Shown here: in pieces, positions 36,800 to 49,102 of the stretch
Layout: every line of letters begins with the position of its first letter
Numbering within the stretch: the stretch's first letter is position 1
NCBI GenBank assembly: GCA_036172245.1
Contig: JAYWIR010000029.1
Span: 124,001 to 188,000, forward strand
Direction of reading: 5' to 3'
DNA: 64,000 bases
Source of the DNA: Raillietiella orientalis
Lineage: Eukaryota
Notes under the pieces: model-generated
What the model was told of the DNA's origin: nothing
What the model saw: only the letters and a program-made list of their open reading frames with translations
The model's database searches: none
Program-made: the position numbers and the translations under genes

Positions 36800-38819
36800 A
36801 GACCACTTCCACCCACCACGGTGCAAAAGGACCATGCTCATGAGAGAACGCCCAGAAAGAGCTCCTCGGAGAGAGCACGCTCAAGCTTTCTATCTTTCTT
36901 CCCTCGTCTACTTTGAGCTGGTGCTGAGACGTACAAGCTGATGCTGGCTGACCTGCCAAGCTCGTGCCCGGACACACCGACCGTTACCGCCTATATGGAC
37001 GACTTGCTTCTCCTTCTACTCATGTCCACACTGGAGTCCAGTCTCGAGGATTTCTACGAGTTGATTCGTCGGGGAGCAGGCTTACATGTGAACAGGAGCA
37101 AGAGCGTGGTCATTCCGGTGGGTGCTTAGTGAGAGGAGCAGTCCGCGAATCCGCCTGGGAATCCCCACGGGCTGTTACTTCAAGTACCTTGGAGTTCCGT
37201 TGTGCGTCTTCGGCGCTGCCGAATCGTGGTCAGGTTGCCTTTAAAAGGCAGAGTTGGTCTTGAGCCCCTTCCTTCGTGGCTAGTTTTGCTTGCCGGAATA
37301 GGCAGTCGTTTGGGATATCTTTGTGGTCACCCTACTCTGCCTCCTGTTTTTTGTTTGCCCATCCCCCTACGAGGGGAAGCAGCGGGCTCAGCGCCTGCTC
37401 AAGAGCGCTCTATGGGGATCGGCGAGGTCCAGGATTCGCCTCAAGGACTTGGAGGCTCAGCGACGGGATGTCGGCTTGGGCATCTTGATGCTGGAGCAAA
37501 TCGGGCTGCAAGTGCAGTTCCGAATATTGGTACTGTGTGCCAAGCTATGGACTTCTTCAATGTGTGCACTCATCCTCCTACTTAGATGAGCCGGCAGCGA
37601 AGGACTGCTCTCGTTGCTGCTGGGCACCCACTACAAGATGCGGGAATTCGGCTTTTCTCTGATGCAACTCGCCTTCCTAGTGGAAGCCCAGCTGTGGATC
37701 TCCTGCCACCCAATAAATACAACGCTTGGCAGCAGGAGCTGTGGAGTTCTGGGCCACATTTCACGGAATGGGCCCGGAAGATGCTTACCCCTTTGGGCAT
37801 CTGCTGTCACGACCCATGGAAGTGGTAATGCAGGACGCCGCGAAGTGGTCGAACCTGGCCACCACCCCCCTTTCCACAGCTCTGTCTGCCCTCAGGGCAA
37901 GAGAAGACAGGCCGAAATGGCAGTTTTCCTGCACCATAGCAGGAAGATCAAAACTCCTGGGCACCTGGAAGACGAGCGAGTTCGCGGACGGCGCCACTCC
38001 TCGTGCTATGGCGAAGGGGCTCCTCCGGTGGGGATAACTTGGTGTTACCCCCGAAGAACTAGTGGTTCTCCCCCATTGTGTTGACAGTTCACTGCTTCCA
38101 CTTGCTTGAAAACAAGCCGTGTTGCACTTCATTCACTGAGGTTTCCAATGTAACGAGCGTTGGCATCGTGTTTCCGGGGGGCTTGCGTCCGCGAACTGTG
38201 TTAGGTGTCCTGGACTGCGGTGTCCTCCGAAGACCCTGGCGGAGGCTGGCAACAGCACTCTCGCATCCGGAGGATATCGCAAGAGACTTGCTGCGACGAC
38301 TCTTCACGCCGAGCGGGCTGTCGACAAGCGCAAGGATTGCAACCATCGGTTGCATCCGCGCCATAGGTTCAGCCCATCAGGCGCTGGTGATCAACGGGCA
38401 GAGAGTAGAGGTCGTCGGCAAGGCAGCTTCCTACATCGGAGCGGCCGTCAGATGGCCTCATCTAACAGAAGATTCTGGAAGGGAGATTACCGACATGCAC
38501 CGCCGGTTTACACATGGTCTGCAGAGGCGAACTCGGTGATCCATGCCCCTACCTCCCTATATTTATTTATTTTTTATTTGTACTCGCGTTCCCATGGGCT
38601 CCGAAACTTTGCTGGTACTTTTTGTTCTTATCCCGTTGAGTATGGAGCCTCACCAAAGACCCTCTCCCTCCCGTTTTTGTTTTTGTTATCCCGTTGCAAA
38701 CTTCGTTTTCCCCGCCTGCGTGTCGGTGGCTTCACTTTTCTTCTGTTATTGTGTTGCTTGGGGATTGTGTCCCCGACCGATTTATGTAAATAAACGCCCC
38801 GGCGTGACCGGGTGATAAA
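36800..38819 (+). mobile_element. 5'-truncated, frameshifted L1/Tx1-like LINE (RT core to 3' end)
   Basis: TAYMDDLLL (RT YxDD motif), GAGLHVNRSKS, KYLG, and C-terminal DCGVLRRPWRRLATALSHPED. T-rich 3'UTR, terminal AATAAA plus CCCGG-N5-CCGGG. Confidence 0.85.
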
Positions 38820-40541
38820 TTTTAACATTCGCCTGCTGTCAGGTGCGGCGAGGAAAGAGGCCACCCCGGTCAGCGAGATGTGCGCTGCCATGCACGCGTC
38901 CAACTAGTTAGGCAGGGACACCGGGTTGGAGCTGAACGTGGACGTCTTCGACGACGAACACCTGCGCTCCCGCATGGGGAGACGAGATAGGCTGCCGTCC
39001 AAGCTCTCCGACCACTCCCGGATCGAACTAGTGCCTACCTGCAGGCTCGTCGGTACACCCGAACACCCGACGTTCGCCGTTTGGCTGAGTATAAAGCTGG
39101 GGCCGAGCGGCAGGCCCGGCAATCCGGGTCGCCCAGCCTGCTGGACGACGAAGACCGAGAGAACTCGGCCCCGGCAGAGGTAAGTAGCCTTGTGAGCGGT
39201 TATTATTCCTCCTTGTACACCAGGGTGCCTTAGGACCGGGAATTTTCCCGGCTTTTGCTTCCGGATGGCGCCCCGGCGATCGGGGAGGAGGAGAGAGCAC
39301 TCCTGGATGAGCCTTTCACGATCGGTGAAATCATCACCGCAATCGGGAAGCTCAAAAGGCGGAAGGCACCGAGGGAGGACGGCCTGCCCGTGGAGTTTTT
39401 TCAATGCTTCGTGGCGGAGCTGACCGCCCTGGTGCAGCGCTTAACGCGGCTGATCCGGGAGACAGGAGACGTTCCCGCCTCTTTCCGGTCGGCACGGATG
39501 CGTCTCCTTCCGAAAGGAGGGGACTTACGGAACCTAAGCAACTTGCGTCCGATCACGGTTCTGAACGCGGACGCCAAGTTGCTCGCGAAATTATGGTCGG
39601 AGCGACTGGAGCGGGTGGCGGAAAGCTTCATCAGCCCGGAGCAGACATACGCTGCTCCCGGGCGGAGCATGGACGCCAACCTCGAGGGCGCGAGTTGGCA
39701 GATGCTGCCAATCCACGGACAACTGCTGCGCGACTTGTTCGGTGATGCGAACTGTAGAGTGTTGCCTCCGAATTACTAGTGGTCCTGCCAAACTGCGTAA
39801 ACACATCAGTGTTTCCGCTCAGTTGGAAACAGGACGTGCTGCTCTTCGTACACTGGGGATTCCGGTACAACGAACGGTGGCACCGTGTTTCCAGAGGGGC
39901 TGTTTCCCTTAACTGCGGCAGATGCGGGTCGACGGAGTCGTTCCCGCACCTGCTTTAAGACTGCAGTGTCCTCCAGGAACTGTGGCGGAGGCTGGCATCA
40001 GCGCTCCTGCACCAGGAGGACGCCACTCGAGAAGTGCTGAGAAGGTTCTTCGCGCCTAAGAATCCTCTCAACGGGCGCTGTAATTGCAAGCATGGGTTGC
40101 ATCCGCACCATCGTCACAGCCCATGCTAGAGACCACCATGCAGCGAAGGAAGGCCACTACGATGGCAGCCGCCTACATCAGGGTGGCTGCAAGGTGGTCT
40201 CACCTGGAAGAAGAGACGAAGGAGGAGATCACCGGCATACAACGCCGGTTAACCCATTAACCATACAACCTCCATTTATTCATTTACTTATTTATTTTTC
40301 GTTCCCTATCCCTGTTCGCTCCGCAATTTTCTCGATGTTTTTTTGTTTTCACCTCAGTGCGTGAAGAGCGAATCTGAAGATCCCTGCCCTATCCCACCCA
40401 ATTTATTTTTATTGTCCCCTTGTCCTTTCTCCGTTCCGGAATGTACATTATCCCAGCCTGCGCGCCGGTGGACCCTCCTCTTTGTTTTTGTTGTCGTCGG
40501 TTAGGAATAAAATAAACGCCCCGGCTTAACCGGGTAACAAA
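38820..40541 (+). mobile_element. Internally deleted L1/Tx1-like LINE (EN remnant, RT N-terminus, Cys-His C-terminus, 3' end)
   Basis: ORF 39255-39779 reads DEPFTIGEI..KAPREDGLPVEFF..LLPKGGDLRNLSNLRPITVLNADAKLLAK..ISPEQ..PGRS, a classic L1-clade RT N-terminus. It is fused to CGRCGSTESFPHL and ends in the same 3' AATAAA plus hairpin. Confidence 0.9.
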
Positions 40542-42697
40542 TCTTCCTCCCCTCGCGGTGGTCTTCGAGATGACTTGCGCAACCGGAGGCACCAAGGAAG
40601 GGTTTCCTCTCCTTACTCTCCAGGGTTGAGAGATGATGAGGCTACGATCACGTGATGAAGAAGATGAGGCAGGATCTAGGCAGAAAGTCACGGTGGTAAG
40701 CCAGTGAGTTATACCCAGAAGCTTTCCCGCACTTGACGTCTCCGAAGACTAGCGGAAGAGAAGAGGTCTGCTCTCCCACAGCGAACACTCTCCCATTCTG
40801 TGCTCGACGAAGAGATGCCACTCCCGCATCCGGGAAGAATAGGAGCCGCAGCTGTCATCAACTGCAACTCCGATGATCAGTGTCTCAGAACTGCCCATGC
40901 ATTGTGATCATCTGGTCCTGGGGCTTCTGAAGCATCACATTCCCTAGGGGAGGAGGGGAGAAGAAAAGGAACGAACGATTTCCCAAAAAACAGAGAATGG
41001 CGTTCTTCGGCCAAGAAATGCTACTCGAGCAAGGACGGTTGGTAGCGAAGGCTTTGAAGGAGAGAGAAATTGGAGTCTGTCTCCGTCCCTCAAGGACTTC
41101 GCCTCCATTTAAAGAAAACGAGGGTTTTCCTTCTAGACAGTTGGTGAAGAGGGAGATGCGAAAGGATGCCATTGGTTCCGTTTTCTTTCTCAGATATTAG
41201 ATACTGGAACACGTTTCTCAAACGTGCTTTCGCAGATAGCATCACCTGGCAACCACTTTCTCATCCTGATTGGGAGATGATGAACTGAAAAGGAGTCCTT
41301 TACTAGTAAAGGACTACGATTTGCCAGTTTTTTTTTGCTCTTTTTCTATTTCTTCTTCGTCCACCTCTCTATTCTTTACTTCCTCTATCCTTCTTCATCT
41401 CTCTCTCTCTCTCTCTCCGTGCGTTCTCCCTCCCAACGATAATTCCAATCTCCTAACCGTGAGCAGATTGAAATCCGAAATATCCAGGCATGAAGGAATC
41501 CTCCATTCGACTGCCTCCTTTGGATGGCAGTGGTAGGCAGCTCCATGATGAGCGTGCGGGGTCCCCAGACTTGACGTCAGACTTCCACTTAACGTGAGAC
41601 ATCGAGCATCTGAGATCGCATAGCAGCCATTACTAGGGTAATCTCCATGAAAATATGGTCTACATTCCCGAGAAGAGAGAAGCACAAAAACAGACGGACG
41701 GAGAGCGTCATTTCATGCTGTTCCTCACGGAATGAGGAGCTTCTTGTAATCCTACCCGATGTTTGCATTCCTAACCTTTTGGGATTTCCTTGTCTTGTTT
41801 TCTCTTTCCTTTTTCTGTTTTTTCATTCTCTCGACGGTCTTTGCTCTTCCAATGCTTATCTCTGCCCCTTCCTTTTTTGCTTGGGAGCCTGCAGGCGACC
41901 ACGTCTATGCAGACGAAGCATTTTGCGGAGAATACAGTGTCGTGGTGTTCCGATAGAGAGCAGTGCCACCAGAAAAGAACCAAACACGTCACATGTTCTG
42001 TGTTCTTTTCGAGAGGATGCCCTTCCATGGCTCACAGCTCATTCAGTCATCACGTGTACGGTCCGGTGTACCAGCGAGTGTCTGGGAGCTTGTGCCTACC
42101 CACTCGGACCAATTCACGGACGCTCATCAACGTTTCCAGATCTCAGGGGGTTTGTTACAGCTGGAACTCTTTCGAGGGATGACTGATTCCGAAATCGTTT
42201 GCTGTTCCCGGTGTTGGCTCAACAGAGTCGTGACGCAAAATCCATCTGGAATTCAAAAAGACAGCTCCAGTAGACACTGCCAAAATAAGACAAGCGGGAT
42301 TTTTTGGGTGCTTCTGAACTTTCTCTTCGAGGGTCATGGACGTAGGATTCAAACCGAACAGAGACGATTTTGAGCAGCTAGAGTCCATAATAGCTGCGGC
42401 AGAATGCTGCAGTGAGGCCGATGCAGATCAAGAAAGCTCAGAAAGCTGAATGCTTTTTCCTTTATTAGTGTCGTTGCGCTTTGGACCCTACCTCTCCCTA
42501 CTTTTCTCACTTTTCTTCCCCTCTTTCTGCCTCTTTACCTTTGCCATATCGCTTTCGAGCTAAAAAGAGAGCTTTTGAACCATTTTAGTAACCTTAGGAT
42601 CGCTACTCAAAAGTTGCTGTCAAATTTGCATTATCCCCGCTTGCAGGGGCCTCGATCGTGATCGTCTCTAGCGACCCGGCGTTCCTGTTAGCGTTCC

Positions 42698-43500
42698 ATG
42701 ACGAACGAGAAGGCCGCAATGGCTGCTGCTGCTGAAAGTGGCGACGTCTGCTGTGAAGTGGAAAACCATCGTACAGCTTTAACTCAAGCTGGGGCTGCTG
42801 AACGGCGTGTCGGTGATCGTATGAAGTATATCATCGGCAGCAGCATCTTTGTGACTCCCACGGGGGTGCTGCTGCTGGTGGACTCCTCCAATGTTTCTCT
42901 GGTCGTGAGGACACTGTGCGACCCCTTATCCATGGCCGGCACCTACTGTTACGCTGAGCTAGACTGCGTGATGGTGCTCATTGACGCCGACTACGTGTAC
43001 ATCATGACGGCCTTTGGACCTTTCCCGGCCTTCATGAGGCTCTGGGTCACATGTATAATCGTACAACCTTGCATCAGGCGGCGGTCAACCTCATTTTCGG
43101 CATCTACGCCTTTTGCCTTTATATTCCAGGACTGCAAGCTCCTCATCCAAATAGTCTTCCTGATGGACATACTCCCCCACTGTGTTCGTAAGTTGCTGGT
43201 GTACTCGATGGGCGACCAGGAAACAGGATTTTTTCCTGTGCTCAAGGCTGTTGGAAGTTTTTATCATCCTAGTCACTGGCATCATATTGCTGCTGAAAAG
43301 TGGAGTCGAGCACTTCATTTTCGAGAATAAGGGAACCAGGATAACGAAAGTGGCACTGTCCTTCTATTCGGGACTATCCGCCTGTTTCGGATGGCACATG
43401 TTCGATTTCATCATGGGTGAGATGAACCATCCGGTGAGAGACCTGCCCCGGGCCATCGGTATCTCGTCATGGTGACCAACGTTGCATTCTTCACATTTCA
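42698..43500 (+). pseudogene. Intronless, frameshifted and truncated L-type amino acid transporter (SLC7/LAT, APC family) pseudogene
   Basis: IIGSSIFVTPTGVL...CYAELD...DYVYIMTAFGPFPAFMRLWV in one frame. After a frameshift near 43180 it continues RWATRKQDFF...ALSFYSGLSACFGWHMFDFIMGEMNHPVRDLPRAIGIS. Both parts are colinear with the N-terminal half of LAT1/y+LAT, and conserved Gly/Trp positions are substituted. Confidence 0.88.
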
Positions 43501-43926
43501 TGATCGGAAAAGCTCGGCCCTCACCGAAATTGTTTTGCAGTCTTCAAAACAACTTCGGAAACAACTTTAATGACGTGCAGACTGCACGTCATTAAAGAAA
43601 GGAGGGATACTGTTTAGCACGTCCATTGGATTAATAGGAGTGAAGATTTGATCTGCTTCCTTGCACAAGCATTCAGACAGCTCAACTCGCCCACTGAGGA
43701 GGAGCGCCGATGCATTTCGAAGATGGACGAAAAGTCTTCGTGCTCTTCAATAAAGACAGGACTTCCAAGTCGAGAAGACGTGGGAAGGCAATTGGAGCAT
43801 TTCGTCCAGAAGACGAATGCGTTGTTATGTGCATGCCTTTGATCCCACGTGATAAAAGTAAGGCGACAGAGGAATCCTGCCAACGTTTTGCTTCTGATTT
43901 TCCTTCATCATCATTTCGCGTTCCTT

Positions 43927-44707
43927 CCTGACTCGGGAACTGGCAGTCATGTTCATTACCGTGATCCTGGACCGCTCCACCCTCCATTTACGCATTGATT
44001 TTGGGAAACGCAGGCCTCTCTCCCTCCATCTGGCTCTGTCCCCAGAAACTTTCCCTTCGAGCAAACAGATCCCTTCTTATTGTACCTTTCATCCCTTCAT
44101 TTTCGATGAATGGCCAGGAAGTTCGGCATCAGAAGGTCACTCCAGAGCATTTTTTTGTTTTTTTGCCGAAAATGAACGCCCGTGCTAAAAGTGGGTGTTC
44201 AATAAAAAGCGAACCGAGAGAGGTCCATTGCGATACGCACTCTCGTTCAGGAGGGAGGGGCGTTCCGGTGCGACCAGAAGGAGGAGGCGCTAAAAATTAG
44301 GGGTACGACCGGGGATGGGGGCTAGGAAGGTTCTCTAGGCAGGTCTCCAGTGTTCCCGACCCTCGGTCCTTTCCCGATGAGCGCCGTAGCTTCCCTTCCG
44401 TCCTCCTTTCCCGACGCCCCTGGGGTGAGTGGAAGGCCGCCTCGTCGTTGTCGGAGACGGCCGTATCATCAGGATGGCCGATGGTGGCTGCAGCGTGCGG
44501 TGAAGTCGCATATGGGACGAAAAAACATCGCACCGCACGAGCTCTTCAGGAGTGTCGTCGTCGTCCGTGTCCTTGCTAAGCGCTTCCAACCCGGGCGAAG
44601 AGCGTCCCAGTCCAGCAGGAGGCGCGAGATGCATGCTTCCGTTCCCCAGGTCTCGCAGTCTCCAGGTAAACTTGTCCCTCCAGTCATGTGGTTACAGTGC
44701 CTGTTGC
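43927..44707. mobile_element. 781 bp non-coding repeat element, copy B (inverted)
   Basis: Reverse complement of 29501-30281 with only a few substitutions. Confidence 0.8.
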
Positions 44708-46203
44708 TTCATATCGATATTTGAGTTTGCAAAGTGGATAGAGATGATGAAACGAGGGCCTCGGTGAGATTCAGAGACGCTCTTATTGAATAAGATGAAA
44801 TTCGTTTCTGGTTTTGGGAAGAAAAACGACACACGCTGACTATTTCGAAAGGCAACACTGCAGCACCCTGAAAAAACAGTCTGTCGTACCTTTAACAAAT
44901 GCTGTTGCGGGATGGAGATGATTGTACATTGGAAGAGTGCGGTGCAGTATACGATGATGGGATCCTCAAGGCACTCTTTTGCCATTCTGAAGTGTTATTC
45001 AGGAAAAAAAAGCAGGAAAAAATTCAACCGGAGCCGAGCATCTCATACTACTCCCCATTGCTGTTGCTTTAAAGGGAAAGATACTTCATTATTTTTTCAG
45101 AGCACTTCATCCGCAAACGCCAGTTTCAAGAATGACTTTGTTTGTCGCTCTCGGGATGCAAGATGGAGACTGTAAAAAAAAGTTATTCAGAGGAATCTGC
45201 AGCAGCAGAAAGGGTCACGTAATCACTTTTCTAGATACATCTCTGCAGAGCTCTGTGAAATTGAACCTCGCACACTCGAACACGCAATTGATCTTTATAA
45301 ATCTTTAGAAAGGGGAGACGAAACTCAGCAGACAGTGCAGAGCATTTTCTGCTATTTTCTGAAGAGAGTCATGTCTTTAATGAATAAATTGAGGAGGCAC
45401 AAAGACAAATGTAGAATTCCCTTGGCTTCATCTCCATTCAGGTAGTCACCAGTCAAAGAGCATAAGAAAAATAAAACAAAAACATTCTCCTGATTCTATT
45501 GGAGAAAGACGAGAACATGTTTTCATTCATTACTTGATGAAAACTTCAGCGCTGCTTTTTTTTCAAAGCTGTACAATTTTGCTACGGAGGAAAAACATCC
45601 AAAAATTCAAGTTTGCAGTAGAAAAAAGAAAGAAAGCAAGAAAAAATTATTTTCCGTGGCAGGAAAATTTGGAAATGTTTACAGACGGGAGGGGAACCCG
45701 AAGAGCAATGGTCCGGTACATTTGTTCACCATATGACCCCAAAAAGCCATCCAAACAATCAGTGTAAAAATCACTGAGGTCATATGTGAGAGGGCAAAGA
45801 GAAATTCCCAGCGAGCCCCAACCAATGAGAATGCAGATAGAGAAATCCCAAAGTGAGAATCCAGATTGGGTGGCGTCGTTTCGTCGATAGCGGAACATCT
45901 TCCGATTTCGAAACTCTGTACAAAGCCGAATCCCCTATTTGCAGTCTTCCTTCACTCTTCGCCCAATTGCACCGCGTACCTCACTTACTCACGTACACCC
46001 TGTGGTGAACGTGATCCTGACAAGCACACATTCGCCTCCACCAGATAGGAATGATTTGAGAAAATTACTCTTTCCTTTGCTCGTCACGACCTTTAAAAGA
46101 TCTGCGCTCAGCATCATCATGCAATGTACTTTATAACATCCATCAGCAATAGTAGAAGGCCACGTGAGTATCTTAGAGACGAGCATTGCAATATCCTGCA
46201 GGA

Positions 46204-46762
46204 TCGGTGCCTGAAATGGTATGTAACGCTACCTCACATCTCAGGTCGTTCCGCGAAATCCTTTCAGCTCGACACCAGGAAGGAGACGGAGATCGACTGC
46301 ATCAAGGAGACACAGACGATGGGAATTCCTGGACAACAACCAAGGGAATCCCACGCGAGATCCTCTTTGCGAGATGACACCGTCCTGAGGAAACTGGAAC
46401 GGCGTCATGGTACACGCTGCTGCGCATCGGAAAGCGCACCGGCAGCGTGCCAGAAGACACGCGAAGGAAAAAAGGGAAAATACGCTTCCAGAGCGCTTCC
46501 TGGCTTTCACTCGCGGGAACCCGAGCGTCAGTTCTCGTGATTGCCCGTGGGAATCCCAGGCTGGCAAGAACGGCGATGCTGTCAGCGCTGAAGGAGGTGG
46601 AAGTTCCCAGGAACGAACCAGCTCAGCAGGCCGACCCTGGTCGATGATCTCATGGTGAACGATGAGCCAGAACGTCAATTGGGTGTACTGGCTGGGACGC
46701 GTTCCGAACGACCGGGCGCAGACGCACACTGCCGGATCTCCCCAGAGAAAGATCGGGAGACC
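46204..46762 (+). repeat. ~560 bp dispersed direct repeat, copy 2
   Basis: Highly similar to 20834-21369 with small indels. Directly followed by an endonuclease-like remnant. Confidence 0.7.
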
Positions 46763-46829
46763 GTGAATAAAGCAAGCAGGAGTCCTCCTTTCCTCATCTG
46801 GTTCCCTCATCTCAGCAAGCAGCGGCCAT

Positions 46830-47200
46830 CCCTGGAATATCCATCACACCTCGGGTTCGCTACCCCACTTGACCCATCCTGAACAAGGGAATGCAATTGT
46901 TGCGTCATCAATCCAGAACGAACCTGCCGCCTCTCGTGACTCACTCAAGCCAAGCTGGGGCGGAGTGGCAATAGGAAGATTGTTGCAGCGTTGAAAGTGG
47001 GTCCCCTTCCCTCCTTTCCCTCCTAACGACCTCGGTAAAGACATCGAGGATGAGAATCGTTTCCATACGCTCGCCGATCTGGCTTTCGAGAAACGAACAT
47101 CCCGGTCGCGTAATCCTCAAAAGACTTCTAAATTGGGAACGATGATTATTCCATACGCTCCAACCAATCTTCTCTTCGCATCGGCGTGGATTCACGGGAG
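46830..47200 (+). mobile_element. Decayed LINE APE-endonuclease N-terminal remnant
   Basis: Reading WNI...QNE...SWGGVAI...IIPYAPTN resembles the APE motifs WNxxG, QE, GVAI and NVYAP. Contains an internal stop. Confidence 0.4.
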
Positions 47201-49102
47201 AGTTTACCCGATGTCCTAAACGAATATCGATCTAGCAAAAAAAGAAAAACGACATTCCCATAAGCAGACAGAATTTTGTCATCTTCCACAAAGCAGCAAG
47301 CTCTAGCACTGTGAAACCCGACCGGTTTCCATCTGATGTCTGCTTCTGGGACAGAGCATGTTCCCGAATCGCATTCAGTAAGGTAACTAACCAGAGAGAT
47401 AAGCAGAAGATTTTGGAACAAAGCAGGCAGATTTTTTCCAGTTCTGAACCATTCACAAAAAAGATACGGCAATTCGCAAACTTCGCAGGAGCTTCTTGCT
47501 TCTCGGGTGCCAGCCAAGGAAGCAAGAAATCAACGAAGGAAGTTCTTCTAGCTGGCTTTCAGTGTTCAGTGTTTGAGCATTGGATGCGTTTCGCAGAAGG
47601 AGATGCCCACTGCCGCCAGATGTGCTCACGTCCTTCAAAACTCATGTACTCTCTTCCGGGCGAATTGCTGGTGTCCATTTAATAAAAGGGAAAAGAAAAA
47701 AAAAATGCACGAAACGGAAAAACTGCTTTGTTATTCTCGGCACGACATGAGCTTGTTTAGTAATCCAGTTTCCGTTTTTCTTCCCGTTTTTCCGACTTTG
47801 GTCTGCCCGCTTCAATGAGAAAAATTCCGGAATTAAGTCGCAGCTTCTTTAGGATTTTTCTCCTCTTTAGCAAGTGCATAGTTCCGATTATCTGAATCTA
47901 TAATTATTCTTCCCCTAACCTTCATCCTCAGATCAGTTTTCCAGATCTTTCCATCAAGAAATATTCATAGATTGAGATATCAAACGAAGAGACGAAAAAA
48001 TTCCGTGACATCAGCTTTCTTTGAACTGGTTTTGATTGGATTAGGGGACAAGGACTCCGGAGGTGGAATGTTGTTGCAGATAAAACACACATCTCCAGGG
48101 AAAGGTAGAAATCGTTCTAACGAGCCGAACTCTGATATTTCTTTCTCTCTGTGTGATTTGTTTCCTGTCACGTCACCTGACTTCGGGTGAAGCTGCAGAT
48201 GAAAAAGCACACGCACAGTATGCCTCCGACATGAAAAATTTCAAGGCACCTTTTATTTTCTGGAAGCTCTCAAATGAAGTTTGCGTTCACCATATTTAGA
48301 AAGTAGCTCTGAAAAAGAAATCATTTTTTTATGAAGCCTCCTGTAATTCTTTCTTGAAGTAATCAGCGGCTGAGTTTCCTCAAAGCAACACACTTTATCG
48401 TCCACAACTTCATAATACCTGTCTCGTCTCGAAGAGACCAATGATTTCGAATGTTTCGGGAGAACCGCAAACAATGATTAAGGATCTGATGAAACCAAAA
48501 GGGAGCCAAAATCTCTGTGAAACACAAGAAAGGATGAAAGAAGAGTCTTCATGGCAACTTACGAATGAAATGTCTCATGCTCAGTTCAAGCCTGCAAGGC
48601 CGAAGTCACTCACATTTAGATGTGGAAATTCTTCGATCACAGGAGCCTAGAGAATTAGGTTCCAGTGATCACTACGGCTAAAAACAAAACTGGTATCTTG
48701 GATGAATAAGAAGTATCTTCGTATCTGCAGTCGCAGATACAAAGTGACCTCAGCTGTATCTTCACAAGAAAGCAAAACCCACAGAAAGCTAAGTTGTTGA
48801 ACATCGATGTGACTTTGGGCGAATTTCATGTAGATTTCGAATGCAGACTCTTTTTGTTCGACGACCCATTCAAGAGACTCGGATTTTAAACAGAAATAGA
48901 TGTTTCAGAAAGGATTCTGCAGACAACTTTGTGAATTGCATCCCAGGGAAATTAAATCTTCAGTTTAGCGGGCTCTGCAAAGTACTTCTAAAAAAGAAAT
49001 GTTCAGCCTTTATGTACGAATTTCTCGCTAGCAGTATGGTAACCGATGTGCTTCTAAATGTATATAATGATTTCTGCTCACTATTTCCCCGATAACAGCT
49101 CA

